Part shown: positions 1 through 12,684 of the stretch, in pieces
How the letters are laid out: each line of letters begins with the position of its first letter
How positions within the stretch are numbered: the first letter of the stretch is position 1
Source: Negaprion brevirostris
Lineage: Eukaryota
Direction of reading: 5' to 3'
Assembly: GCA_030324005.1 (NCBI GenBank)
Contig: JARDVH010000115.1
Span: 39,800,270 to 39,862,517, forward strand
DNA: 62,248 nt
Position numbers and translations under genes: made by a program
The notes under the pieces: generated by a model
What the model was told of the DNA's origin: nothing
Database searches by the model: none
What the model saw: only the letters and a program-made list of their open reading frames with translations

Positions 1-63
<63 letters not shown>
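1..63. repeat. (GT)n microsatellite
   Basis: Perfect GT dinucleotide run from window start. Confidence 0.99.
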
Positions 64-66
<3 letters not shown>

Positions 67-111
67 TACTGAGTTCAGTGTGTGTGGGCTATAGAGTTCT
101 AGTGTTTTGGT

Positions 112-1003
112 GAGAGTCATAGATGTTTACAGCATGGAAACAGGCATTTCGGCCCAACTTGTCCAGGCTGCTCTTTTTTTAAAACCTCTTAGTTATTCTC
201 AATTGCCTGCATTTAGCTCATATCCCGCTGTATCCATCTTATCCATGTAACTTTCTAAATGCTTTTTAAAAGGCAAAATTGTACCCACTCCTACTACTAC
301 TTCTGGCAGCTTGTTCCAGACACTCACCACCCTCTGTGTGAAAAAATTGCATCTCACGACCCTTTTGTATCTCCCCCCTCTCCCTTAAAACTATGCCCTC
401 TGGTTTTAGATTCCCCTATGTTTGGGAAAAGATGTTGACTATCTAGCTGATATATGCCCCTCATTATTTTATAGACTTCTATAAAATCACCCATAACATC
501 CTATACTCCAGAGAAAAAAGTCCCAGTCTATCCAGCTTCTCCTTTTAAGTCAAACTATAAAGTCTGGTAGCATCCTAGTAAATCTTCTCTGCACTCTTTC
601 TAGTTTAATAATATCCTTTCTACAATAGGATGACCAGAGGTTGTTCACAGTAATCCAAGTGTCATCTTACCAATGTCTTGAACAACTTTAACAAGATGTC
701 CCAACTCCTGTGTTCAGTGATCTGACCAATGAAACCAGGCATGCTGAATGCCTTCTTCATCAGTCTGTCCACCTGTGACTCCACTTTCCTGTACCCTAGA
801 TCTCTTTGTTCTGAAACTCTCCCCAGAGCCCTATCATTAACTGAATAATTCCTGCCCTGGTTCAATCTACCTAACTGCATCACCTCGCATTTATCTAAAT
901 TAAACTGTATCTGCCATTTGTCAGCCCACTGGCCCAATTGATCAAGGTCCCATTGCAATCCGAGATAAACTTCTTCACTGTCCACTATGCCACCAATTTT
1001 GGT
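112..1003 (-). mobile_element. CR1-type LINE, 5'-truncated 3' end
   Basis: ORF 662..1018 gives TKIGGIVDSEE...LDQLGQWADKWQIQFNLDKCEVMQLG (CR1 RT C-terminus); 3' tail at about 112-150. Confidence 0.9.
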
Positions 1004-1440
1004 TACTGAAGGGTTCAATGTGTGTGGATTACTGAGTTTAGTGTGTCTGGGTTTCTGAGGGTTCAGTGTGTGTGGGAGACTGAGTTCAGCGTTTGTGGGA
1101 TACTAGGTTCAGTGTGTGTGTTTTATTGATTTCAGTCAGTTGTTGAGTTCAGTGTGGATTACTGAGTTCAGTGTGTGTGGATTACTGAGTTCAATGTGTG
1201 TGGATTTCTGAGGATTCAGTGTGTGTGGGATACTGAGTTCAGTGTCTGTGGGATATTGAGATCAGTGTGTGTGGAGTATTGAGTTCAATGTATGGATTAC
1301 TGAGTTCGGTTTGTGTGCAAATTACTGAGTTCAGTGAGTGCGGGATATTGAGTTCAGTGTGTGTGGGATAGTGAGTTCAGTGTGTGTGGGATAGTGAGTT
1401 CAGTGTGTGTGGGTTACTGAATTTAGTGTGTTTGGGTGAG
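1004..1440. repeat. GT-rich minisatellite (about 22-24 bp unit, ggattactgagttcagtgtgtgt)
   Basis: Many imperfect tandem copies; the same motif occurs at 64-110. Confidence 0.9.
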
Positions 1441-1919
1441 AGTCATAGATTCATAGAGGCTTACAGCATGGAAACCAGTCCCTTTGGCCCAGCTTGTGCA
1501 TGCCATCCTTTTCTTTAAACCCTTTAACTAGTCCTAATTGCCTGCATTTGGCCCATATGCCACTGTATCCATCTTACCTATGTAAGTCTAAACACATTTT
1601 AAAAGCCAAAATTGTACCCATCTTTACTACTACTTCTAGCAGCTTGTTCCAGATACTCACCACCCTCTGTGAAAAAAATTGCACCTCTGGACCCTTTTGT
1701 ATTTGTTCCCCTCACCTTAAGCAGACTCCCTTATCTTTGGGAAAATATGTTGACTATCTAGAGGATCTATGACCCTCACTATTTTATAGATTTCTATAAG
1801 ATCACCCCTCAGCCTTCTACGCTCCAGAGAAAAAAGTCCTAGTCTATCCAGCCTCTCCTTTTAAGTCCAACTATCAAGTCTGGTAGCATCCTAGTAAAAC
1901 TTTTCTGCACTCTTTCTAG
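1441..1919 (-). mobile_element. Second CR1-type LINE 3' end, running into gap
   Basis: Colinear and highly similar to 112-605. Confidence 0.88.
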
Positions 1920-2718
1920 NNNNNNNNNNNNNNNNNNNNNNNNNNNNNNNNNNNNNNNNNNNNNNNNNNNNNNNNNNNNNNNNNNNNNNNNNNNNNNNNN
2001 NNNNNNNNNNNNNNNNNNNNNNNNNNNNNNNNNNNNNNNNNNNNNNNNNNNNNNNNNNNNNNNNNNNNNNNNNNNNNNNNNNNNNNNNNNNNNNNNNNNN
2101 NNNNNNNNNNNNNNNNNNNNNNNNNNNNNNNNNNNNNNNNNNNNNNNNNNNNNNNNNNNNNNNNNNNNNNNNNNNNNNNNNNNNNNNNNNNNNNNNNNNN
2201 NNNNNNNNNNNNNNNNNNNNNNNNNNNNNNNNNNNNNNNNNNNNNNNNNNNNNNNNNNNNNNNNNNNNNNNNNNNNNNNNNNNNNNNNNNNNNNNNNNNN
2301 NNNNNNNNNNNNNNNNNNNNNNNNNNNNNNNNNNNNNNNNNNNNNNNNNNNNNNNNNNNNNNNNNNNNNNNNNNNNNNNNNNNNNNNNNNNNNNNNNNNN
2401 NNNNNNNNNNNNNNNNNNNNNNNNNNNNNNNNNNNNNNNNNNNNNNNNNNNNNNNNNNNNNNNNNNNNNNNNNNNNNNNNNNNNNNNNNNNNNNNNNNNN
2501 NNNNNNNNNNNNNNNNNNNNNNNNNNNNNNNNNNNNNNNNNNNNNNNNNNNNNNNNNNNNNNNNNNNNNNNNNNNNNNNNNNNNNNNNNNNNNNNNNNNN
2601 NNNNNNNNNNNNNNNNNNNNNNNNNNNNNNNNNNNNNNNNNNNNNNNNNNNNNNNNNNNNNNNNNNNNNNNNNNNNNNNNNNNNNNNNNNNNNNNNNNNN
2701 NNNNNNNNNNNNNNNNNN

Positions 2719-2972
2719 GAGAGTTCAGTGTGTGTGGTCTGGTGAAGGTTCAGTGTGTGTGGGTTAGTGAGAGTTCAGTGTGTGTGGTCTGGTGAAGGTT
2801 CAGTGTGTGTGGGTTAGTGAGAGTTCAGTGTGTGTGGTCTGGTGAAGGTTCAGTGTGTGTGGGTTAGTGAGAGTTCAGTGTGTGTGGTCTGGTGAAGGTT
2901 CAGTGTGTGTGGGTTAGTGAGAGTTCAGTGTGTGTGGTCTGGTGAGGGTGCAGTGTGTGCGGGTTACTGAGT
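2719..2972. repeat. 50-bp tandem repeat, about 5 copies
   Basis: gagttcagtgtgtgtggtctggtgaaggttcagtgtgtgtgggttagtga starting at 2721, 2771, 2821, 2871 and 2921 (last copy diverged). Confidence 0.95.
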
Positions 2973-3177
2973 GTTTAATCCACACATTCCAGCCACAGAT
3001 TTTCATTGTAATGATCATCTGGGAAACCCTGCAGCCTCTGTTACCCGGGTAACACCACAAGCTCAGGTTAAAGAGTTACAGACCCTTCTAACCTGTTCAA
3101 TAATAAACTCAGTCTCTGCAGGGAGGCTTTAATCTGTCGCATGGTTACTTTATTCATTCGCTGTTTTGGCCTGGAAA

Positions 3178-3491
3178 GAGAATCATAGAATCCCCACAGT
3201 GTAGAGGGAAGCCATTGAGCTCTTCATGCCTGCAACAAAAACAATCCCACCCTATCCCCATAACCCCACATATTTACCCGGCTAACCTCCCGACACTACG
3301 GGACAATTTACTATGGCCAATCCACCTAACCCACACATCTTTGGATGGTGGGAGGAAACCAAAGCACTGGAGGAAACCCATGCAGACATGGAGAGAATGT
3401 GCAAACCTCACACAGACAATGACCCAAGGACTTGTATCAAACCCGGGTCCCTGGCGCTATGAGGCAGCAGTGCTAACTACTGTGCCACCCT
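3178..3491 (-). mobile_element. tRNA-headed shark SINE with CR1-type tail (HE1-like)
   Basis: Minus-strand head GGCACAGTAGTTAGCACTGCTGCCTCATAGCGCCAGGGACCCGGGTTTGAT (A/B boxes), central GGGTTTCCTCCAGTGCTTTGGTTTCCTCCCAC, tail GATTCTATGATTCT. Confidence 0.85.
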
Positions 3492-3954
3492 AGGGAAAAG
3501 AGAGAACAGAATAAATTAGATTGTGTCCTTTCAACAATTAGACTGCAAAATGAACCTCTCCTTACTTTGCAACCGTTATTTGATTGTGTGGCACTGCCAG
3601 TCTCAGAACCCATTTCATTTCCCAAGTCTCCTCTTAACCCTAATGTAAGATATTCACCTCTGCAACTAAAGACATGGGAGAACATCACGAGAGGGATGCT
3701 GTGTTCAGTAAACCAATCAACCCTTCAAGGACTACTAAGCAGAAGGCACCCGGTGATGTTTTAAACTTTAAAACATCATCAGCTAGAAGTTTAACATCAA
3801 CATCTGGGAACATAGGAATGGGTGTAGGTCATTCAACCCTTTGATCTTGTCCAGCTATTTTGTTCGATCATGGCTGATCTGTACCACACCTTCATTTACC
3901 TACCTACATTTCATATCCTGGATACTTCTCCCAAGCAAATTTGTATTGATCTCA

Positions 3955-4110
3955 GTCTTCCACAGTCCGAAAGATATGCTGGTTAGGTGCATTGGCCATG
4001 CTAAATTCTCCCTCAGAGTACCCGAGTGTGGCGACTCGGAGTTTTCACAGTAACTTCATTGCAGTGCTAATGTAAGCCTACCTGTGACACAAATGAAAAA
4101 AAGTAAAGAT
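3955..4110 (+). mobile_element. 5'-truncated SINE (alternative-tail type) within an older minus-strand CR1-like fragment (about 3805-4230)
   Basis: gctaaattctccctcag...ttttcacagtaacttcattgcagtgctaatgtaagcctac tail shared with 22802-23097. Confidence 0.75.
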
Positions 4111-4489
4111 TTCAATTGGACAAACACTCACTGTTTTTGGGGAGAGTGTTCCAGATTTATACTATCTATTGTGCAAAGAACTGTCTCCTGAGTTCACTTC
4201 TAAATTACCTAGCTTATTGTGTCCCCCTTTATGAGATAGTGGCAGCACAGAAGGAGATCATTTGCAAATCGAGTCAATGCCAGTTCTCTGTATGAGCAAT
4301 TCAGCCTGGTGAGCCAGGGAGAATGATATGAGTGTGCTAGCATTTAAATATGGCACCAAGACCTTCGAACCTGTCAGCTGACAGCAAGCGGACAAATCAG
4401 TTGCTGGCCTGCCAGGTGAGTCGGAGGGGAACTCACCTGTGCATAATCAATGAGGTTCCAAGCACAGAATCTGGCGCAGCATCTCACCA

Positions 4490-4770
4490 CACACACCCCA
4501 GACTTTCTCTCTTCCACCTTCTTCTGTCAGGAAAAAGATACAAAAATCTGAGGACATGCACTAAGAACAGTTTCTTCCCTGATGCCATCAGACTTTTGAA
4601 TGGACTTACCTTGCATTAAGTTGATCTTTCTCCACACCCTAGCTATGACACTGCAGTCTGCACTCTCTCCTTTCCTTCTCTATGTGCTTTGTCTGAATGG
4701 CACGCAAGAAACAATACTTTTTACTGTATTATGATACATGTGACAACAATAATTCATATCAAATCTAATC
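4490..4770 (+). mobile_element. Rex1/Babar-like LINE 3' end
   Basis: HP...LFHLLLSGKRYKNLRT...KNSFFPDAIRLLN motif plus 3' UTR; second copy at 50655-51000. Confidence 0.7.
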
Positions 4771-6084
4771 ATTCTGGCCATTCAGTGGGACAGGCGTCAC
4801 TAGATTCACTTGCCTCTGCACTTAGTCTCAAAATGGGAGAATTCTACTCCACGACTTCTCCAACTACCCAAGACTTTCTTTCTTTGGGAGTTTCTCCCCA
4901 TCATCTACTGTACCAATGTGTCCCAAAATCTCTGATTTATACCGTTATTCAAGAGTGGACGTGGATGGATTATTGATAAGGGTTTTTTGTCCAATGAAGA
5001 TTAACTTTTTTTATAATTTCTATAAAATGTTAAGATCTTTGTGTAAATCCTGCTTTTAATGTCATTCACCTGCTTCCTGAGCTTTTGCATGTACTATCTG
5101 TCCTTGATTAATCAGATCTAGGTCCCACATTGCTCTTTCCTTACCTCACTCTACNNNNNNNNNNNNNNNNNNNNNNNNNNNNNNNNNNNNNNNNNNNNNN
5201 NNNNNNNNNNNNNNNNNNNNNNNNNNNNNNNNNNNNNNNNNNNNNNNNNNNNNNNNNNNNNNNNNNNNNNNNNNNNNNNNNNNNNNNNNNNNNNNNNNNN
5301 NNNNNNNNNNNNNNNNNNNNNNNNNNNNNNNNNNNNNNNNNNNNNNNNNNNNNNNNNNNNNNNNNNNNNNNNNNNNNNNNNNNNNNNNNNNNNNNNNNNN
5401 NNNNNNNNNNNNNNNNNNNNNNNNNNNNNNNNNNNNNNNNNNNNNNNNNNNNNNNNNNNNNNNNNNNNNNNNNNNNNNNNNNNNNNNNNNNNNNNNNNNN
5501 NNNNNNNNNNNNNNNNNNNNNNNNCATCAAACTGTTGAACCATGGAGTTGTTCATTGAAGTAGCTTCTATTTCCACACACTGATGAACTTGTGTTCCAGC
5601 AGAGTCTTAATTAAGCAATTTTGAATGAAAAGCCTAACGGTTTTGTAATATAGTTCTATGCTTTAAATATCTGCCAGTTGCTCTGCCATAAATGCTAAGG
5701 TCTTGCATGGGAAAACCCTTTCCCTCTGGCACTGGCAATGCCTGTCTGGTGGAATCCAGCTCTTTTAGTGTTTAGAAGTATGCAGAATGTAAAACATGCT
5801 GGCCAGCCTAAGTTCACGGAGATCAGGCACCATTTCTAAAGGGTGTTCTAATCACAGCAACCTTCCCCCCAACAGAAATATCAAGCTCCCCANNNNNNNN
5901 NNAATTTTGAATGAGTTTTGAATGAATGTTTATTTAGATTAGATGGCAGGAGCATGGGATGACATGGGGATCTGAGTATTGAGGGGACATGAGGTGGGGG
6001 GCAGTGAAATTTAGGGTCGCTGTTAAATTGGGAGCTGGGATACAGTCTCTGAGAACTGTCCTATTAAGAGATATTAAGGGAATT

Positions 6085-7300
6085 GAAGAATGAGACGTGA
6101 TCACATTGAAACGTACAAAATACTTGAAGGGATATATAAGATAGACGTAGGTGAAATGTTGGAGAGTCTATAACCAGGTGTTATAATTTCAAAATAAGGG
6201 GGAAGCCACTTTTGACTGAAATTAGGAGAAATTTCTTTACTCGGATGATTGTGAATTTTTGGAATTCACTACCCCAAAGGGCTGTGAAAACACAGCCATT
6301 GAGTATGTTTAAAGCTGAGTTTGACTATCTCTAAATGCCATGTCTATATGGGTTTCCTCCAGGTGCTCCGGTTTCTCCCACATTCTGAAAGACATGCTGG
6401 TTAGGTGCATTGCCCAAAACAGGTGCTGGACTGTGGCGACTCAGGGAATTTCAGAGTAACTTCATTGCAGTGTTAATATAAGTCTTCCTTGTGACTAATA
6501 AATAAATAAACTTTACTTAACATAAAAGGATATGGGATAGTGTGGAAAAAAGGCATTTAACTGGATGATTAGCCACGATTGTGTTGAATGGCGGGATGGG
6601 CTCAATGGGCTGAATGGCCTACTCCTGTTACTATGTGACAGCAAACAGAGCAGTGGTAAATGGTTTTTTCTGGATTGGAGTAAGTTTTCTAGTGGAATTC
6701 CCCAGGTGACAGTGTTAGTAATTTTGCTCTGTCTGATATACACGAATGATGTAAACCTTGGTGTAAAGGCCATAATTTCAATATTTTCGAATGACACCAA
6801 ACTTGGAAGTCCTGTGCACTGTAAGGAGGAAAGTAGAACTTCATGAGGTAAAAAGTTGATGAAATGGATGGACAAATGGCAAATAAAATCTAATACAGTA
6901 AAGTGTAAAGTAATTTGTTTTGGTAGGAAGAATGCGCAGAGACAATATAAAATGAAAGGGTACAATTCTAAAGGAGGTGCAGGGGCAGAATGACCTGCAC
7001 GTCAATGAGCACATTTCATTGAATGTGGCAGAACAGGTCACAAGAACGATTAATAAAGCATACTGCATCCTGGGCTTTATAAATATGGGCAATAGATTAC
7101 AAAAACAAGGAAGTTACCGTTAACCTGTATAAAATACTAATTCAGTCTCAACTGGAATATTGCGTCCAATTCAGGGCACCGCACTTTAGGAAGGATCTGG
7201 AGACATACTAGAGTGCCAAAAAGTCACAAAATTGATTCCAGGGATGAGGAACTTCAGTTATTTAGACAGATTGGAGCAGTTGGACTATTCCCTTGGAGAT
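6085..7300 (+). mobile_element. CR1 LINE fragments: 3' end about 6085-6635 with nested SINE 6340-6512, and RT fragment about 6660-7300
   Basis: GIPQVTVL...YTNDVNLG...FSNDTKLG is a degenerate GVPQGSVLG/FADDTKLG; 3' UTR gggctgaatggcctactcctgt. Confidence 0.85.
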
Positions 7301-8429
7301 AGATGGAATGCTTTATTAAAATATCATCTTGCCAAAAGGTGCCAAATTGAGATGGCTATACAAATGAAACAGGATTCATAATTCAGGAAATAGGGTGGGA
7401 TTTTCTGGCTCTTCCCACTAAAGGGATCTTCCAATTCCAATGAAGGAGAGCCCCCTGATGGGATGGACAAGCCACGCAAAATGCTATAGACATTGATGGG
7501 ATGGATCAAAGTGCTGGAAAATATGGTGAGAAAAGCCAGTTGTGCGGCTGATGTGCTGCACACTGTTTTTCTCGCCTCAGCTAGCACTTAAAGAAAGAAA
7601 ATAGAAAATTCCAATCACTCCATTGCAAAATCCAGGTCTCCTTAATTTACAGAACAGAAATGAAAGCTCTACTGCACTTTGTATTAAAGTCTATATTTCA
7701 AATGTTTTAGATTGAATTCATTGAATTCCCAAAAATGTATATATTATTTATAAAACAGGGAATTGGACTGTCTAGTTGTCTATTCATTTCATATCTTATT
7801 TGAGTAAACAGGGTATTTTCTCCTTATTTCCATCATGTAATTGTGGCATGAGGTGGGGGAATGGGAGTTGGGATTCAAGAGTTTTCTAATGAAGTCCAGT
7901 CAGAACATTTTCCACCTTTCAGCAAGGGGACACATATTCAGTTTGATTATGTCAGAGTAGCTTTGGTACACGCTTCCCAGGATCCATTTCAGAGCTCATT
8001 GCTGAACATTCTCAAGCTTATTCGTGTTATCTTTGACAAATCCAGCATTCCAAGCAGAGTCAGTCAGTTTGAGATCCATTCTGATGCTTGAGAAGTCACA
8101 GCAAGTGAAAGCTTCCATTTATCTTAATTCATCTTACAATTAACTTAATGTTCTCTGATTATTTTTATTTTAATGACTGCCCAGTGAAGTATAAAATAAT
8201 AAGAACATTGCACAATCATGATCCCGCTACAGGGAACAGCTTCTTCAGTCCATTCCACAAAACTAATGTGGAACAGAAATTCAGGAAAGAGAGGCCTTGA
8301 TAATCACAGGAAGGATTACCTATCCCTGATTTAGGGCTCCAGTTTTGCTTACAGCAGGAGGTTGAATGGAAATCAGATAGAAGTGAACAGAAGTGAGGTG
8401 TGTGGATATAGCTTCCCAGTGGTGGACAA

Positions 8430-8820
8430 AACAGTTAGGTGCATTGGCCCGAACAGGCGCTGGAGTGTAGCGACTAAGGGAATTTTACAGTAACTTCATT
8501 GCAGCGTTAATGTAAACCCTACTTGTGACTAGTCAATAAAATAAGGAATCAGAAGGCGCAGATTTAAGGTAAATGGCAAAAGAGGCCAAGGTGACATAAA
8601 TTAAAATGTTTTCATGCAGCGAGTGGCTAGGATCTGGAATAACTGTCTGAGTGTGTGGTGGAGGCATTCATAATGAAGTGCAATCCTAAGAGGGAAAATG
8701 AATAACTACAAGGAAAAGGCGAGGAAGTGGCACTAGGTGAATTGCTCCTGCAGAGGACAATTATGGACATGACAGGCTGAATGGTCTCCTGTGCTGTAAT
8801 CATTTTATGATTTTATGAAT
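8430..8820 (+). mobile_element. SINE tail (8430-8545) followed by CR1 3' end
   Basis: SINE tail motif cagtaacttcattgcag; CR1 3' UTR ggctgaatggtctcctgtgctgtaatcattttatga. Confidence 0.75.
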
Positions 8821-10097
8821 ATATATCCTGACATTCAGTGTTGCTACAGTTAGGGGAATAGGGAATATTAAGAATTTGAAGGCTGGTTTCAGCTATGTAG
8901 AATTATCTTTCTAAAATTGGCAGAAGAAATGTAATGATTCATTGACTCATATAGCAGTGATTTTAGTAATTCAGTCCACTATGGCTATGTCAGCATTTCA
9001 GTCTCACATCCCTGATATTTCCTCCTAGGCCAGCAAGTCTTTTTTCCAGTATATACCCCTTCCCTTTTGGGAGTTATTATTGAATCCACTTCCAGGTAAC
9101 AACTCACTGAGTGAAATAAATTCTCATCTTCCACCTGGCCCCTCCACCAACCCCTAAAGATTATTTGACAATTATCTTAAATCAGTATCCTATGATTACT
9201 GATCCTTCTGCTAACATAAACAATTTCTGCAGATATACTCTTACCAAAACCAATGTGGAATAGAAATTCAAGACCATAGTGGCAGTCACAGAATGGATCA
9301 CCTTGTGACTGGTTTGGGGCCCAACCTTTGTCTGCAGCAGCTGACAGACCTTGGTTACAACCTCTGCACTGAAGTAGAAGAAAGGGAGATTAGGAGTGGT
9401 GGAGTTATAGCTGGTACAGATATGAACAGAGATAAACTGAGCTGAGAGTTAGAAGCCTTGCCTTGACAATCCAGGGAAGGTCATTAAACTTATTTTACCA
9501 TTGCAGCCAGGTCCCAGGTGCAACTCCTCTCCAGAGTTATCTCTCCCCATTATCAATGCATTTATTGAACGGAGCACTTTCTGTACCCCCACCTCTAAGG
9601 AATGCAAGATCTCTCTCCTCTTGCCAACTGTCTGAACAATGGTCTCCCACGTTGCATGTGAGAAACCAGTTATATCATCCAGTTTCAAATATGTCCTGCT
9701 GCCTCTAGGTATATTACATCTTTACTTTAAAAGATGGCCTTTAAGTGGTGTCAGTGAATTCTGATTTCCTGTCCACAACCCCCAAACAACCCCCTCTGTC
9801 AATAAGCAAAATGGGCAGCATTAGCTGTGTGCACATCTCATTATAATGAATTGTCTGTACAAATTTCCCATCCATTAACTGCAGCAATTGAACGGTATTC
9901 AAATAAGTCAGAGTATGATCCATACATGACAAAGCAGGACACTCTCACGTGCTCTATAAGACTTTTAATTTGATTGTGTTAGAATACAATTGAATGCAGT
10001 AACAACAATCAAAAAGAAAAAAATGCTCTTTTTAACCAAAGAACTGTATCATTAGATAAATCATAAAAAAACCCAATGCAAGGACCTTTACAAAAAC

Positions 10098-10174
10098 TTT
10101 ATTAGACATTAACACCCATTCCCATGTAATCTTATAAAGTTTAAACTGCAATAATGTATTCTTTATAATTTATT
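10098..10174 (-). promoter_or_regulatory. Candidate polyadenylation signals of SLC35F4 (AATAAA at 10169-10174 and 10098-10103)
   Basis: Two plus-strand tttatt hexamers about 240-320 bp past the stop codon in AT-rich sequence; the intervening gap makes distances nominal. Confidence 0.5.
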
Positions 10175-10414
10175 AACTGTATCATACTTGTATTGTATAC
10201 CATAGATCTTTGCTTCAAAAAGTAATANNNNNNNNNNNNNNNNNNNNNNNNNNNNNNNNNNNNNNNNNNNNNNNNNNNNNNNNNNNNNNNNNNNNNNNNN
10301 NNNNNNNNNNNNNNNNNNNNNNNNNNNTACTGTCATAATAGCATACTAAGTCTCACAAAACTAAATTATATTCACAGAATATACATCTTCGTGCATTTAA
10401 AAACTTAGCTGCTT

Positions 10415-10656
10415 TTAAGCTAAAGGAATTGAAACTGTTCCATTTGCTCTGCTTCTGCTCCGAGTGTGGACACTGGACTCTGTGGTGTCTTCTGTTTGTT
10501 CTTCATTTTTCTTCTCCTTTAATCTGTTAATAAACCTTAAAGTTATTTCATCCCATTCTTCAGGAAGAAGCATAAGCAGGAAGCCGATGCATATGATAGA
10601 AGTTGCAGTCAACCTCACCATACTGAATATTACTTCATGTTTCATAAGGTCAACAG
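10415..10656 (-). CDS. SLC35F4: SLC35F4 last coding exon (242 bp including TAA)
   Basis: (A)VDLMKHEVIFSMVRLTATSIICIGFLLMLLPEEWDEITLRFINRLKEKK...RSRANGTVSIPLA*; acceptor ttccacacag|CT; C-terminus characteristic of SLC35F4. Confidence 0.96.
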
Positions 10657-11329
10657 CTGTGTGGAAAAGATGTCTGAATTCAGTTAAAATGTTCCTGTAC
10701 AACATATTACTAATGTTACCAAATTAAATGCAGCCTAACCTGACATAGTTACAGAAAACCAAATGCAATTTATTCAGAAATATCTCAAAATCGGTCCAAA
10801 AAGGATCCTATTGTTTCCTTTTGTATAGCTTTAGCATGTTGCATTTTATATTTAACTTATTTGAGTATGTCATCCAAATGTAAATTAGGGGTTTGGTTTT
10901 ATGTGCCCCTGTGAGGCATGTTTTCCCACCACAGAACTCACTCCCATAACAGAGGCACCAAAATCAGTAGTTCACCCTGATATTTAAATAAATAATCAAG
11001 GGTCAACTGAGTTTGTTAACAAGTTAATTGACTCCAACAATACATTGCCCAAACCATAAAATGACTGGTGTGGGCAGTCAGGCAGGAATGGGCAAAGTTG
11101 AAGCTCAGCAGCAGTGGCAACTGGATGCAAACTTAGCTGAGTGATTTGAAGCAGAGAATAGCTTTCACATATAATTTTCACGCAGAGGTCACTGACAGCT
11201 ACTCGGTGAAGGAGCTCTGGCTGCTTCACTTTCTTTTCCCTGACTACTTCTTTGGACTGGAGGTAGGTGGGGTTCATCAGCAGTCAGTAGAGGGACCAAT
11301 TCTCTTCTTGATAAATATCAGTGACATCA

Positions 11330-11735
11330 GAAGATGAAAAGTCACACTATCTGAAACATTATTAACTCTTGTTTCTCTCCAGAGATAGGGCCTAATCTGC
11401 AAGTTTTTCCAGCAATTTTAGTTTTTATGTCAGATTTCCAGTATCCACAATAGTTTGCTTTTGTACAGGATCCTGAACTTTTTAAACAGAGGCGTAGAGT
11501 ACAAAAGCGCGGAAGTTATGACGAACCTTTGTAAAATGCTGGTACAGCCTCCATTGGAGTATTGTGTTCAATTCTGAGCATCACACTTCGTGAAGGATTT
11601 GGATAAGATGAAGAAAAAATTTGATAAGGATGGTTACTGGAATGAGAAACTTTGGTTAAGGAGTTAGACTGGAGAACCTATTCTCAAAGAAGATTGAGAG
11701 GGGAATTGATGGAAGTGTTCAAAATCATGATAGAA
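11330..11735 (+). mobile_element. Degenerate Penelope-like terminal repeat (about 11330-11463) followed by CR1 fragment
   Basis: First part resembles 58728-58858 with a decayed ribozyme core; second part has the CR1 motif ggagtattgtgttcaattctg. Confidence 0.6.
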
Positions 11736-12594
11736 GGTAAAAAACCTGAGGTTCCTGATATAAGGCCAACTGAGTCTTCACAATGAGTATTACAGTTGAT
11801 TAACATAGCAATTAAAGGGGTATTTTTTGCTTCAGCGGTTGTACTTGTGTACTACTGATGAAGGCAAAAAGAATGGCAAACTCACTACCCTACAGATGCA
11901 CCAGGACTGTGAAGATTGCACCTCCTGATTGGCCAATAGTGGCAATTCGAGGAGCTCATGTTGTAGACCTATGAAGGTTTATAAAGTGAGNNNNNNNNNN
12001 CTCAACCGTTCTTCTTTTTATTTTTCATGGTGTGCCTCAGAAATGTCGCATCACCGTTAACGACTGGTTTAAGGAAGTGGATTTTCAAACTCCATTTGAT
12101 GTTCCTCACAAATCATGTTTAACTGTATTGAGGCTGGATGTGATGCATTATGTTTTTAGCTCGTTTGAGTTGCATTTTTCTTTATGCATATTTTTTGGCC
12201 ATTTTGTCTGTTCAATTGTGAATAGCTGAGCTCATAGCCTCTCAGTCAAAGGCCACTGGTAGCTGTTTGGTGTTATGGATGGTTTCCTTTTTCTTCCCTA
12301 ACCCAGAGTAATTAATGTCATTTATAATGGTATTACTTTTCTGCTGGTTCAGACCTTAGCTAAAAATCACTGTTTTTTCACATGCAGATAAATACCAGCC
12401 ATTTGACCTGAAGCATACAACTGTACCCAAAAAGCCAGTGTGAGAGCAAGCTTGAGAGCGAGCATGAGAGCAAGTGAGTTGGACAGTTTGTGGAAAAAAA
12501 AACCTTTATATCCAAGAGGATAAGAAAAACAATTTAGTAATTTATCTTAATAGAGAAAGAACAGGAGAGTAATGCACAGCGAAGAAAACATTAC

Positions 12595-12684
12595 CTGCAT
12601 TTCCAGGGACACTCAGTACAGTTCCAATTGAAATGAGCAGAGGATATGTTAATACAACACCAACATTCACGAGAATATTGAAAG
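12595..12684 (-). CDS. SLC35F4: SLC35F4 coding exon (90 bp)
   Basis: (A)FNILVNVGVVLTYPLLISIGTVLSVPGNA; acceptor tttatacag|CT, donor GCAG|gtaatg. Read by hand; absent from ORF track. Confidence 0.95.

Noticed and set aside
1004-2972. Regularly spaced repeats as a CRISPR-like array
   Set aside because: Units are contiguous tandem copies with no unique spacers, no cas genes, and the context is vertebrate.
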